A program made the position numbers and the translations under genes. Of a stretch of 64,000 nt of DNA, positions 37,036 through 46,746 are shown one piece after another (the stretch's first letter is position 1; every line of letters begins with the position of its first letter). The notes below the pieces were generated by a model. It had not been told where the DNA came from. It searched no databases and worked only from the letters and a program-made list of their open reading frames with translations. The stretch is from a bacterium (GTDB taxonomy: Bacteria; Patescibacteriota; UBA1384; CAILIB01). The DNA is taken from contig JBAXRQ010000001.1 of the NCBI GenBank assembly GCA_037131105.1, forward strand, positions 2,039 through 66,038, read 5' to 3'.

Positions 37036-37890
37036 CTATTCAGAAGGAGTGGTATCAGTTACCGTGGCGCTCTTGCAGTATTTCGTGTCATCGCTCAACG
37101 TGGCACAAACCTCGGCCTTGGCGCCGCTGTCAGATACCGTGTAGTCGTAATCATAGCCGGTGAACGGGTCGGTGGGCTCGGTCTTGCCTAGGCCGGACAG
37201 GCTGTAGGGAAGGATGCCGCCGCTGGTACTGTCGGCTCCGTAGGCGTTCAGGTCCTTGGCGATCTGGTCAATGTTATTCTTACGGGTCTGGTCAGAGCCT
37301 CCGTTGCTTTTGCCGCCGGGACCGGCCAGGGAGCTGAATGCGAGGATAGGTAGGAGGATGAAGCCGATAGTTGAGATGATGAAGAACCCAAGGCCCCACT
37401 GGGCCCAGCGTTTTTGGACGGCTTTGAACTGCTCGATACTTTCAAACCTCCGGTTCTTCCAGGCTAGCTCATTTCCCTTGATACCCAGGGAAATAACGAT
37501 GTAGATGTTCAGGAAGGGAATGAGTACGAGAAAGGCCAGATAGGTGTTGTGCGCGACGCCCCATACCCAGGTGAGGAAGAAGGCTCCCCAGTTCCATCGG
37601 CGCAGCTCCTCAGGGAACTCGCCGTTAGGTCCGGCCGCGCCGCCCAGGTTTACCGAAACATGGATGGGTTGTCCGGTGGGGGTGGTGGCTGCCACAACTG
37701 GTGCTGCTCCTGGTGAAACGACTGGTGCCGCAAGGGGAGACGTGACAGGGGCTACAGCGGGAGCTGACGTTATTGCCGGTGTAGCCACGACAGGCTGCTC
37801 GGTAACGGGCGAGGTAGCTGGCGCCTCTACTGGCGGCATGCTAGTATCTGGCGTCTCGGCAGGGGTAGGTGAAGTGAAGGCGTCGGCCAT
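37036..37890 (-). CDS. membrane protein with a Pro/Ala/Thr-rich N-terminus and a central WNWGAFF...WG motif (DUF2628-like)
   Basis: 284-aa ORF with a low-complexity N-terminal half and three TM helices in the central part. Confidence 0.45.
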   Translation of the reverse strand: MADAFTSPTPAETPDTSMPPVEAPATSPVTEQPVVATPAITSAPAVAPVTSPLAAPVVSPGAAPVVAATTPTGQPIHVSVNLGGAAGPNGEFPEELRRWNWGAFFLTWVWGVAHNTYLAFLVLIPFLNIYIVISLGIKGNELAWKNRRFESIEQFKAVQKRWAQWGLGFFIISTIGFILLPILAFSSLAGPGGKSNGGSDQTRKNNIDQIAKDLNAYGADSTSGGILPYSLSGLGKTEPTDPFTGYDYDYTVSDSGAKAEVCATLSDDTKYCKSATVTDTTPSE

Positions 37891-37966
37891 GGGGTTGCTT
37901 AGGTTGTGAACGATATTCTCATTCTAAGCCCATCTGCTTAAAGAAGCAAAATATCTCTGGAATATC

Positions 37967-38428
37967 TTAAGCTCCCCCGCTTAGATGGTCAATGTGGTAG
38001 CCGTTAGCATCCTTGATGATGCTTATGAACAGATACTTATGGCGGATCCAGCCGCCGTCTTCTGGGACACCGCTACCTGACACCCAGTTCTCTCCAAAAA
38101 TGTAAGGCTTTTTCACGTCAAAACTAAGACCGTAGGTAAAGTTGCCGTTCGTATCAGGCTTTTCGGGAGATACTTTGGTAATTGAGTAGTCGCTTAGGCG
38201 GCTGTCCGGACAGGAGAAGAACGGTCGGTGTCTATCTAGCCAGCGCGTGGTAAGGATCTGGGCTATCTGTTCCTGGGATTTCCCCGTCGCTTCCTGAGTG
38301 GTAAGTCCGGCGCCGAAGTCGCTGCCGCAGTCCAGGTTTATGAAGGTTGTGGCGCCCAGGAAGGGGATGAAGAGGATAAGGATGATGGCAATGGCGCCGA
38401 AAATAACCGGCTTGGGGATATGGCTCAT
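37967..38428 (-). CDS. hypothetical membrane-anchored protein
   Basis: N-terminal TM helix (VIFGAIAIILILFIPFLG). Its start overlaps the stop of the upstream TrmB gene (ATGA). Confidence 0.4.
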   Translation of the reverse strand: MSHIPKPVIFGAIAIILILFIPFLGATTFINLDCGSDFGAGLTTQEATGKSQEQIAQILTTRWLDRHRPFFSCPDSRLSDYSITKVSPEKPDTNGNFTYGLSFDVKKPYIFGENWVSGSGVPEDGGWIRHKYLFISIIKDANGYHIDHLSGGA

Positions 38429-39177
38429 GATAATGCGCTAGTCTGGCTCCACATAGTCTCAAACATATCCCTAAGCATAGTCGAGTATTCATGCGATTCC
38501 AAGATGGTGCCGAAGTTCTCTCGCTTGGTGCTCATGAGGGCGACCGAGTCGTCGTAGATCATCATCATGGCCGAGACGTCGATACTGCTAGGTCCTAGTC
38601 TGGATTCACGCAACAGCAGCGGGTCGCTGACCATGTGGAAACCTTCCTCCTCCAGGGAGATCTCACCGCGGGGGTCATTGAGGGTGCGGATTTTGATATG
38701 GCGCCTCGTCCTCTTCTCAGCGTAGTACTGCATGAACTCCTCACCCACCACCTCCAAGATCTCCCTTGCCGAGACGAAGCAGACTATCTCCTTGCTCCGG
38801 CAGCGCAACGTCTCTTCATATACCGTCTTAATCCCCTCGACTCCTTCGAAAAACCGCACCACCGGACGGTAGGAGCTGCTCTGGATCATATCCTCGATGG
38901 CTGGCATCAGGGAGGTTGCGGCCGTGACCTCCTGGTTCAGCTGGTAAATGTACCGGTGGGGAGGGGAGGCGACGAAGTGGGTGATGTTCTTTTTCTGGGT
39001 GCTGCTTACCAGACCCTTCTTGAAGAGTGAGCGGGCCACGTCGTAGATGGTACCGCGGTTCAGCTCGGTGTAGGCGGAGATGTCCTTGGCCTTGCTGGGA
39101 CCGAGCTCCAAAAGGGCTAAATAGAGCTCTGCTTCCTTGTCGGAAAGGCCTAGGGAAATGAGTTCTTCGGTGGTCAT
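38425..39177 (-). CDS. TrmB-family transcriptional regulator
   Basis: N-terminal wHTH LGLSDKEAELYLALLELGPSKAKDISAYTELNRGTIYDVARSLFKKGLVS with a C-terminal TrmB-type sensor domain. Confidence 0.7.
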   Translation of the reverse strand: MTTEELISLGLSDKEAELYLALLELGPSKAKDISAYTELNRGTIYDVARSLFKKGLVSSTQKKNITHFVASPPHRYIYQLNQEVTAATSLMPAIEDMIQSSSYRPVVRFFEGVEGIKTVYEETLRCRSKEIVCFVSAREILEVVGEEFMQYYAEKRTRRHIKIRTLNDPRGEISLEEEGFHMVSDPLLLRESRLGPSSIDVSAMMMIYDDSVALMSTKRENFGTILESHEYSTMLRDMFETMWSQTSALS

Positions 39178-39401
39178 TTTGTTGTAGAGAAATATCTACT
39201 GATTTAGATAATTAGCCTGCGTATGGTTGAGCTTGCGAAAAACCAGGTCATTTTTGTTACAGGTGTTAAACCTGGCAGTGAGAAATCATTTTTACTATAC
39301 CCTATTTTCCTAGTTAGACCTATAACTATCCTGCTTTAAAAAAGTGCAGATCAATGTCTACAAGACAGCGACTACTTTGACAACGCGAAAGAGGAGAAAA
39401 G

Positions 39402-39689
39402 ATGAACGCAGTACAGAAGCTCAAGGCAGCGGCTGCAGTGGCGCTGATGGTGGTTTACGGCATTGCCCGTAACACGTTCCATCCGGTGCTCACCCAGCAA
39501 GTGGCGCTTGGGCAGTTGCAGGACAGGCCCAGCTCATTTACCGACTACCGACTGTGGGAGACGGCGTGGAGCTACGGGTCGATTGCAGTCGTACTGATCG
39601 TGCTGGCGCTGTTCTGGCCAGAGATCAAGAGTGTGTTCGGTGCTGCCAAAAAAGCGGTCGCCGATGAAGTACAAGAAGATTCGGTATAG
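39402..39689 (+). CDS. small two-TM membrane protein
   Basis: RBS AAAGAGGAGAAAAG then ATG. Two hydrophobic helices. It directly precedes the SPFH lipoprotein and may be an NfeD-like partner. Confidence 0.45.
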   Translation: MNAVQKLKAAAAVALMVVYGIARNTFHPVLTQQVALGQLQDRPSSFTDYRLWETAWSYGSIAVVLIVLALFWPEIKSVFGAAKKAVADEVQEDSV

Positions 39690-39691
39690 GA

Positions 39692-40720
39692 GTGGTTAGC
39701 ATGAAGAGTCGTTTTGTAGGACTGGCCTTATTGGCCGTGGTGATGTCGATGCTGATGGCGGGATGCGGAGCCTATGATAGGCCTGAATTTCAGGAAATCA
39801 GCCCTTCGCAAACTGCCTTTCTGATCCCTATGGAGGGACAGACCTCCGGGCAGCAGAAGTTTGGCTCGCAAGAGTTCTACCAGAAAGCCATGGTGGCGAC
39901 GAAGCGGGTACAGATCCCGCATCGTTGGATCCAAGAGGGTCGTAGTGGGAATGACGGCAAGTACGTTCCCACCATGCGACTGCTGATAGTTGAGCGGAAG
40001 CCGGTAGTGCGTGAGTGGACGGAAAATCCGGGCACGGGTACCTCGGCCAAGAACCAGGGCATCCAGGCTGAAAGCCGTGAATCGATCGGTTTTATGGCAC
40101 GCATGAACTGCGCCGCCCAGATTGACGAGACAGACGCCGTGCTCTACTTGTACCGCTATAACGACAAGCCTCTCGAAGAAGTCATGGATCAGGAGATCCG
40201 GGCCAGAGTCGAGTCGAAGTTCGTCGAACAGTGTGCTCATTACCCACTGTCTGAACTCCTAGTGAATAAGGATAAGATCATGTCCGCCATTCGTGGCGAC
40301 GTGCTCCCCTTCTTCAAGGGACGTGGTATCACTATCACGGTCCTCGGACTGCAGGGTGAGCTGACCTACTCCAGCGAAGAGATCCAGAAGTCGATCAACT
40401 TGAAGTTCACCGCCGCCCAGGAGCAGCAGGCTCAAGAAAGTGTGAACCGCAAGGAGATTTCCAAGGCTAACGCCCTGGCTCAGGCTGGACGTACTATGGC
40501 TGGACCTGCCGCCCAGAGTTATTTGTCGTTCCAACTGCGTAACCGTGCCCTGGACAACCAGGCGCAGGCGATACAGAAATGGACCGGACAGTCTCCCAAT
40601 GCAGTAGGTGCCGGAACCATATTCGGCATTCCCTTCAGTGCTGCCGCGGCTCCGGCCCCGGAAGCACCAAAGCCGGCTCCCAAGCCGGCTGAACAACCCG
40701 CCCAGGAGGCAGGCCAATAG
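39692..40720 (+). CDS. SPFH/band-7-like lipoprotein
   Basis: Lipobox LMAGCGA. A central beta-rich domain is followed by an Ala/Gln-rich helical stretch (AQEQQAQESVNRKEISKANALAQAGR) typical of SPFH proteins. Pro/Ala-rich tail. Confidence 0.5.
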   Translation: MVSMKSRFVGLALLAVVMSMLMAGCGAYDRPEFQEISPSQTAFLIPMEGQTSGQQKFGSQEFYQKAMVATKRVQIPHRWIQEGRSGNDGKYVPTMRLLIVERKPVVREWTENPGTGTSAKNQGIQAESRESIGFMARMNCAAQIDETDAVLYLYRYNDKPLEEVMDQEIRARVESKFVEQCAHYPLSELLVNKDKIMSAIRGDVLPFFKGRGITITVLGLQGELTYSSEEIQKSINLKFTAAQEQQAQESVNRKEISKANALAQAGRTMAGPAAQSYLSFQLRNRALDNQAQAIQKWTGQSPNAVGAGTIFGIPFSAAAAPAPEAPKPAPKPAEQPAQEAGQ

Positions 40721-40805
40721 GCCTAGCCTCCGGGCACGTCTGAAGCCCGTGAGTGTGCGATGTTCTCTAGTAATAGAGGATCTCGCCCTCACGGGTTTTT
40801 CATTG

Positions 40806-41558
40806 CTAAGGGGCAAGGGTCAGCCAGGCTTTCTCAAATCCGAACCGCTCCAGGGCGGCCAGCTGTTTTGATCGCACTACTATCAGGTTTGTGGCATTCT
40901 CGCGGATGCTTAGGAAGCAGATGGTGTCGCGCCAGATCCATTTCTCGGTATCGGTCTCCCACCAGTCAGTGCTAAACCTGAACTGGGCGTTGGACTGCTG
41001 GTTCTGGCGGGTGAATTCCCGGGAATCAGCCGTGTCTGGGGCAATGATCCGGTCGGCTGTCCCCACCCTTTTCTTGAACTCAATAAAGGTGGTAAGGAAC
41101 TCCGGGTCGACACTGTGCCAAGCAGTGTTGGTGGCCCAGACTAGGAGCTCTTCCCCTGGTGTGGCCTGATTCATGAACTCGCGGTACCACTCCCGCATGC
41201 TGATGGGGTTTTCATAGACCGAAATGGTGGGCAATGAGGCATTGCTGGCCTCTCGGGTCTTCAGGAGAGGGACTGCCTCCTCGATGTCCTTGGCAATCTG
41301 GCGGGCCTTGTCATTGAGCGCTTCAGGTCCGATGGCTTGGAACAAACGTTTGCCGTCAGTAGTGATTTCCTTCATGAGGCCTTGGCTGGCTAGCCTGTCC
41401 AGTAGGGTATAGACCATCTGACGGCTCATACCTATCTTCTTGCCCAGCTGGATGGCGGTAGCGGGACCGGTCGAAAGTCCGGCCAGGTAGAGGGAGGCCT
41501 CACTTTCGGAGAGGCCCAGCGACTGCAGGAGAGTGACGTAGCGCTTAGGTGTAGACAT
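40806..41558 (-). CDS. TrmB-family transcriptional regulator (second copy)
   Basis: LGLSESEASLYLAGLSTGPATAIQLGKKIGMSRQMVYTLLDRLASQGLM wHTH plus a C-terminal sensor domain. Confidence 0.65.
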   Translation of the reverse strand: MSTPKRYVTLLQSLGLSESEASLYLAGLSTGPATAIQLGKKIGMSRQMVYTLLDRLASQGLMKEITTDGKRLFQAIGPEALNDKARQIAKDIEEAVPLLKTREASNASLPTISVYENPISMREWYREFMNQATPGEELLVWATNTAWHSVDPEFLTTFIEFKKRVGTADRIIAPDTADSREFTRQNQQSNAQFRFSTDWWETDTEKWIWRDTICFLSIRENATNLIVVRSKQLAALERFGFEKAWLTLAP

Positions 41559-41602
41559 GTGACATACTAATTTACAACATATATACTATAACCATATATT
41601 AT

Positions 41603-41630
41603 TGACAAGTCAAGATTTACGTAATATACT
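41603..41630 (+). promoter_or_regulatory. sigma70-like promoter (TTGACA-16 nt-TATACT) with palindromic TTGACaaGTCAA overlapping the -35
   Basis: ttgacaagtcaagatttacgtaatatact lies in the 105-bp divergent intergenic region between the TrmB-like gene and the methyltransferase. It may be an operator. Confidence 0.45.
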
Positions 41631-41664
41631 CCGATATTGGCATATTGGCCAATAAGGAGGACGT

Positions 41665-42399
41665 ATGAATGACTATGATCTGATTGCCGAGCGGTACCAG
41701 GGTGCCCATGACAAGCCGGATGTGCGGTACAGTGTGGTGCCAACTGTGCTGAGCCTGGTGGGCGACCTGGAGGGAAGACGGGTGCTGGACGTGGGCTGTG
41801 GCGACGGGTTCTTCACGGAACTGTTCGCCGCCCGAGGAGCTGCTGAGGTGTATGGCTTGGACAGCTCAGCCAGGCAGATTGAGCTGGCACGGCAGAAGAG
41901 TCGGAACTCCAACGTGAAGTACATCCAGCAGGATATGTTCAGGTGGTCAGACTGGGGTGAGTTCCCCCTGGTCGACGTGGTAGTGGCGCCTTTCGTGCTG
42001 AATTATGCCCAGATTTGGTGGCAGCTGCACGGCCTGTTCGAGGCCTTCCGCTGGGTCCTTCGTGAGTGCGATGAGGAAGGAAGATTGGTTGCCGTGATCG
42101 ATATGCCAAGCGGCCAGGATCTTTCAAGGTTCGGGGCACGCAAGAGCTTACCGAGAGGCGCTGAAGACGGTGCGTCGATGCAGATTGAGCTGTTCAATGA
42201 AGGCCAGCCTCTTCTTACGCTTTCTGCCATATACTTCCAGAAGGAGACCGTAGAGATCAACTGCCGTACTGCCAAGTTCAAGGAGGTTTCCTGGGCAAAT
42301 CCTATCATTTCTCAGGAAGGACTGGAGAAGATGGGCTCGGGTTTTTGGGAGGGTTATCTGGAGAACCCTGAGCTGGCCTACTTGGTGGCGGAGTTGTGA
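41665..42399 (+). CDS. class I SAM-dependent methyltransferase
   Basis: Motif I VLDVGCGDGFFT. RBS AAGGAGG. Confidence 0.75.
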   Translation: MNDYDLIAERYQGAHDKPDVRYSVVPTVLSLVGDLEGRRVLDVGCGDGFFTELFAARGAAEVYGLDSSARQIELARQKSRNSNVKYIQQDMFRWSDWGEFPLVDVVVAPFVLNYAQIWWQLHGLFEAFRWVLRECDEEGRLVAVIDMPSGQDLSRFGARKSLPRGAEDGASMQIELFNEGQPLLTLSAIYFQKETVEINCRTAKFKEVSWANPIISQEGLEKMGSGFWEGYLENPELAYLVAEL

Positions 42400-42433
42400 G
42401 AAGTACCTGTAGGCACGTCCCCTAGGGCCGTGC

Positions 42434-43048
42434 CTACTTCTTTGTGGCAATAACCACCAGTCTTCGGGTCATGGCCCAGCTGTCGCAGGTGTAAAGAGTG
42501 AGTTGGTTGCTGAAATTCTGATTGAGGATGGAGACCTGGTCCGAGTCTACCGTCTCGGTTATTTTGACGACGTAGACCTGGGCTGTCGCGTTCCAGTAGA
42601 TGATAATAATATCCCCCGTCTCCAGCCTGTTCAGGTTATAGAACGTATGGGCATTGGGGGGGAGGTACTGGAAGCGATGGCCGGCCAGAACCAGGTTGTG
42701 ACTGATGTCTCCTACCTGGTGCCAGACACCTTCTTTTTTATTGAGCACTGAAAGGTCCGGGCCTTCCAGAATCTCCTCGCGCACCCCGATGGCCGGTATT
42801 ACTAGCCAGTTGCCGGTCTTGGGGACGGTGCTGGTGTCAGGCGCCCGTAAGGAGGGAGGAAGAATCCGGGCCAGGCCAGGATGGTCCACTGAAGCGCGTT
42901 GCAGTCTGAACTGCAGCTCGGGGAACAGGGGGTAGAGCAGGCAGAGGATACTGACTGCGATGAGGGCGGCACCATAAGGGGTCCTGAGCCGCTTATAGGC
43001 CCGCTGCAAGGCCTCGGTGATGACAGTACGGGCCTCGGCCCTAGTCAT
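42434..43048 (-). CDS. sortase (class E-like)
   Basis: N-terminal TM anchor, catalytic His LVLAGHRF, the TLxTC motif QLTLYTCDSW and a conserved Arg downstream. Its start overlaps the stop of the upstream LAGTG surface-protein gene by 8 bp. Confidence 0.75.
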   Translation of the reverse strand: MTRAEARTVITEALQRAYKRLRTPYGAALIAVSILCLLYPLFPELQFRLQRASVDHPGLARILPPSLRAPDTSTVPKTGNWLVIPAIGVREEILEGPDLSVLNKKEGVWHQVGDISHNLVLAGHRFQYLPPNAHTFYNLNRLETGDIIIIYWNATAQVYVVKITETVDSDQVSILNQNFSNQLTLYTCDSWAMTRRLVVIATKK

Positions 43049-45080
43049 GCTTGAAGAGCAGCCTTAGGCCAAGGGCCAAGAGCAGGCCGCCGATGAAGAG
43101 GATAGGCTGCACGGGACTCCCGGTGCCGGCCAGCTGGGCAGGTACGGTAACAGGGAAGGAAGCCAAGCTGATAGGTGTGCCGCCAGGAGTTAAGGCAGAG
43201 ATGAGTACGGTGTGCTGGCCCCCAGGGAGGGACGTAGCCAACGTGCAGCTCCAGTGTCCGTCGGCATCAGCCGTAGCAGTACAGGTAACAGGGTTGGAGT
43301 GAACGGTAACAGTGATCTCGGTCCCGGGAGTGGCATTGCCGCTGAAAGTCGGTAGGGCTGTAATGACCGGATCCCCGGCAGTTTCCTTCTGGTCCACGGT
43401 CTTTACGGCAAGAACAGGAACGATGGAAAGGGTGGCGGTGCTGTATGCAGAGATATTCCCAGCAACGTCTGCTGCTTTTACCCGCACGTACCAGGTGCCG
43501 TCCTTTAAGGTGTGCGAATAGGTGGTCTCGGCTTGGCTGACAGTGGTGACCCCGCTGCTAAAATCACTGCTCTTGCTGTACTGCAAGGTATACGGGGTGG
43601 CGGAGAGGCCGCTTCCAGCATCGGTAGCAGTGTCCCAGGAAAACGTTGCGGTAGAGCCACTGTTTGTGGCGGTGACGGTTCCGAGGGCAGGTGCAGTAGT
43701 ATCTAACTTAAAGGCGATACCTGAAGGCGCGGACCAGCCACTTACAGCAGTAGCATCGTCTATGGTTCGTACTCTCCAGTAGTAGTTACCGTCGGACAAG
43801 GTGGTGCTGGCAGAGCCTACCGTGTAGGTGCCGCTTCCGGCAGCCTGGCCGAATGTGAAGGTGCTGGCGCCCTGGGCGGCGAGTGCTGAGGTGTAACTGA
43901 TCAGGGGAGACGCGAAGTCGTTGCTGGAGTTGATCTGGATCTGGTACTTTACCTGCTGGCCGGAATCAGGATCAGCCAGGGTGAAGGCAAAGGGGGTGCC
44001 GGCAAGAGTGGACTGGGAAATGAAGCTGCTGCCGGTTAGGGTGCTGGGAGAGAGTGAGGTGGGATCAGTGGGGTTCTGGTTGGCTGCCCCGGTAGTGAAG
44101 CTGAAGCTGTCTGAGAGGGCGGAGCCGCTGCTGTTATCCGCCTCAATACGCCAATAGTAGGTAGTGCCGGGATCCAGCCCGCTGAGACCATAACTGGTGT
44201 CGGTGACGCCGCTCTGATTGGTGACGATAGTGCTGAAGCCGGCATCGGTGGCCACCAGCACCTTGTAGGAGGTCGTATTAGTGGCAGCGCTCCAGGTCAG
44301 GGTGGGGCTGGTTGATACACCGGTAGCGGCGTTTGAGGGAGAGGTGAGGGTAGCGGTGCCGGGTCCATCGGCATCGGACAGGTACTTGTAGTCGTAAGCC
44401 GCCGCGTCATTTATGATGTAGGTGTCCTCGTCCGGCGTGTAGCTGATGGCCATGCGGCTGTGTACGACGGGGTCATTGACCGAGTATTGCAGCGGCGTGC
44501 TCCCATCCTTCTGGATACCGATAGTGGCGCTGTCTCCCTCGGCCTGGGTGCCTCCGAGGATGTCACGGTACTGGAGTTGGATCTTGCCCCCGTTCTCGTA
44601 GAGGATGACCTGGAAGGTGCCGAGCTGCACGTCGGGATTGTTATAGAAGTACATGCTCGTCCACTGGACGATGAACTCCCGGTTGGGGGCCGACCCGACG
44701 GTCTTATAGAGGATGCTCTGGGCGTCGTAGTTATGAGTGATGAGGTCGTCCCAGAAAGGCAGAATGGCAGCGCCCATGCCACTACCGGCCGGCAGGCCGC
44801 TATTACTGTATTCATCGTAGCCGCTATCGAAGTTCAGGGTGCCGTTGATGTTGACGAAAGCCTGGGTCTTGGTGACGCCGAAGAAGGGGAAGTTGAAACC
44901 AAAGTTAAAGGGACCGGAATAATCGTCATCTCCTGACAGGGTGGTGTTGGTGCCCTCGTAAATAGTGTCCGAGGTAGCATGGGCAACCTGAGGGCCCAGC
45001 AATGCACTTGCCTGCCAGCACAGTACGGTGGCAATCATCAGGTAGGCAAACGGGCGCGATAACGAAGAAAAGTGACGCAT
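43041..45080 (-). CDS. cell-wall-anchored surface protein with Fn3-like repeats and a C-terminal LAGTG sorting signal
   Basis: Signal peptide. Repeated T/S-rich Fn3-like modules (TYYWRIEADNSSGS, NYYWRVRTIDDAT). The C-terminus QLAGTGSPVQPILFIGGLLLALGLRLLFKHD carries LAxTG, a hydrophobic segment and a basic tail. Confidence 0.7.
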   Translation of the reverse strand: MRHFSSLSRPFAYLMIATVLCWQASALLGPQVAHATSDTIYEGTNTTLSGDDDYSGPFNFGFNFPFFGVTKTQAFVNINGTLNFDSGYDEYSNSGLPAGSGMGAAILPFWDDLITHNYDAQSILYKTVGSAPNREFIVQWTSMYFYNNPDVQLGTFQVILYENGGKIQLQYRDILGGTQAEGDSATIGIQKDGSTPLQYSVNDPVVHSRMAISYTPDEDTYIINDAAAYDYKYLSDADGPGTATLTSPSNAATGVSTSPTLTWSAATNTTSYKVLVATDAGFSTIVTNQSGVTDTSYGLSGLDPGTTYYWRIEADNSSGSALSDSFSFTTGAANQNPTDPTSLSPSTLTGSSFISQSTLAGTPFAFTLADPDSGQQVKYQIQINSSNDFASPLISYTSALAAQGASTFTFGQAAGSGTYTVGSASTTLSDGNYYWRVRTIDDATAVSGWSAPSGIAFKLDTTAPALGTVTATNSGSTATFSWDTATDAGSGLSATPYTLQYSKSSDFSSGVTTVSQAETTYSHTLKDGTWYVRVKAADVAGNISAYSTATLSIVPVLAVKTVDQKETAGDPVITALPTFSGNATPGTEITVTVHSNPVTCTATADADGHWSCTLATSLPGGQHTVLISALTPGGTPISLASFPVTVPAQLAGTGSPVQPILFIGGLLLALGLRLLFKHD

Positions 45081-45097
45081 GTCACTAGTATACGGGT

Positions 45098-45703
45098 TTA
45101 CTGTGTCGTAAGGAAAGTCTCCTTCTTAGCAAGGTGAAGTCCCATTAGAATAAGCCAGACAGTCTGAGGATATGCTACTACTCGTTCAAGGCTTCCAAGG
45201 CCGATTCCCAGGTAATTATGCAAGAGGTAGAAGATGAGTGCCACCAGGGCCAGTGATCCGAAGATAAGACCATAGGTCCGCAGCCATCCGGGAAGGCGCC
45301 TCTCGCCTACTCCTATAAGAATAAGGGCAAGATTGCCATAGATGAAGGGGAGGCTGGCCCCAAGGGTGTGTACCGGACGAAGAACATTCTCCGGGAACAG
45401 TCCGACCATGACCGTGCCAATGCCGGAAAGCAGTAGGAAGGCAAAGCCTACCAGTACCAGCTTTCTTACCTGGAGCTGCCGCATGATGAGCAGAGCGCCG
45501 ATAGACATGGTGACTCCTAGTAGCACGAACGAGGCGTTCATCAGGGAATGCAGGGGAGAGAGAATGGTATTGCCCAGGTCACTGATGTAGTTGCCGGTAA
45601 GGCTGTACGGGTGCGTCCACGTGGCGGCTACCAGAACCTGTACCGCAAAGTATTGGAGGCTGCTAATCCAGAGAAGAGGCCCAAGTAGATAGTGTGACTT
45701 CAT
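45098..45703 (-). CDS. polytopic membrane protein, unknown function
   Basis: 201-aa ORF with 5-6 TM helices. Confidence 0.45.
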   Translation of the reverse strand: MKSHYLLGPLLWISSLQYFAVQVLVAATWTHPYSLTGNYISDLGNTILSPLHSLMNASFVLLGVTMSIGALLIMRQLQVRKLVLVGFAFLLLSGIGTVMVGLFPENVLRPVHTLGASLPFIYGNLALILIGVGERRLPGWLRTYGLIFGSLALVALIFYLLHNYLGIGLGSLERVVAYPQTVWLILMGLHLAKKETFLTTQ

Positions 45704-45779
45704 ACTTCTGTATTGTACATCGAAAGGCAGGAGGCCTGCTGCTTTGTATTTTCTCAGGAACTTATCATATACTATCTGT

Positions 45780-46133
45780 ATGCAATCAGCCCGCTATCAC
45801 ATTGTGCTCGACCTCCAGGAGGTATCGACCGAGAAGGTGAATGACGCCGTCGGACTGGAAGGTTTTCTCAAGAAACTCCCAGGACTTATCGGCATGAGCA
45901 TCCTGCACGGACCTGTTATCAAGGAGGGAATTCCAGAGAATCCTGGGATTACCGGCTTTGTGGTGATCGACTATTCCCACATCTCAGTGCATACGTTCTC
46001 AAAGTACAACGAGGCGCTCATCGACATTTTCTCCTGCAAGCCCTACGACCAGGAGTTTGCCATGAAGGTGACTCTTGAGTACTTCGGGTCTTCTGCCAAG
46101 GCCGCCCGCACCCAGGTCGTTAACTGGGAGTAG
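45780..46133 (+). CDS. speH: pyruvoyl-dependent decarboxylase of the S-adenosylmethionine decarboxylase (SpeH) family
   Basis: ARYHIVLDL...GITGFVVIDYSHISVHTFSKYNEALIDIFSCK matches the SpeH proenzyme pattern (ESH(L/I)(T/S)(I/V)HT(W/F)PE ... IDLFTCG). The cleavage-site Glu is replaced by Tyr. Confidence 0.65.
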   Translation: MQSARYHIVLDLQEVSTEKVNDAVGLEGFLKKLPGLIGMSILHGPVIKEGIPENPGITGFVVIDYSHISVHTFSKYNEALIDIFSCKPYDQEFAMKVTLEYFGSSAKAARTQVVNWE

Positions 46134-46209
46134 CCGTTCCCCGAGTATCTTTTAAGCCTGTTCTCAGGCTTACTTGGTAGTGTAGCCGCATATAGCTAAC
46201 ACTATTTCT

Positions 46210-46677
46210 ATGGAACCAGGTACGGAACAGCCAAAGGAGACAAAAGTGAAGACCGTAGTGAGGCCATGGTCAGGTACCGGCGTAGTAATCGGGGGAGTGG
46301 TGCTTGTTGTATTGGTATTCTCTCTTGGTGCTTTCGCCTCTCGTTCACATATGGCCCGCACAGCATGGATGGAGGGTCCTGGCTTGCGGGAAGCCGGTGT
46401 GAGGCCCATGGGTGGCCAGAGAATGATGGGGGGACGTCAGCGTCCTGATCGACAGGACGACCGTGTCCTTGGGGCCGTTACGGCAGTTTCAGGCAGCAGC
46501 ATTACCCTGCGGGTCTCCGGTGCCAGCCAAACCGTAGCGGTTGCCAGCACTACCTCGTTTTATAAGCAGGGGGCTATTGCTAAGCAGAGCGATCTCCAGG
46601 TCAGTGACGTAGTTGTGGTCTTCGGTGCTCCTGATAGCAGTGGTACTATCCAGGCCCAGTCTGTGGAGATACAGTAG
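46210..46677 (+). CDS. hypothetical protein with an N-terminal TM helix
   Basis: 155-aa ORF. TM VVIGGVVLVVLVFSLGAFA followed by a beta-rich C-terminal domain. Confidence 0.4.
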   Translation: MEPGTEQPKETKVKTVVRPWSGTGVVIGGVVLVVLVFSLGAFASRSHMARTAWMEGPGLREAGVRPMGGQRMMGGRQRPDRQDDRVLGAVTAVSGSSITLRVSGASQTVAVASTTSFYKQGAIAKQSDLQVSDVVVVFGAPDSSGTIQAQSVEIQ

Positions 46678-46746
46678 GTCGACGTATTGCTTGGAGGGCA
46701 GATAAGGTGTTGTATAGGGCTAGTTTATTAGCCTAAGCACCCTTGT

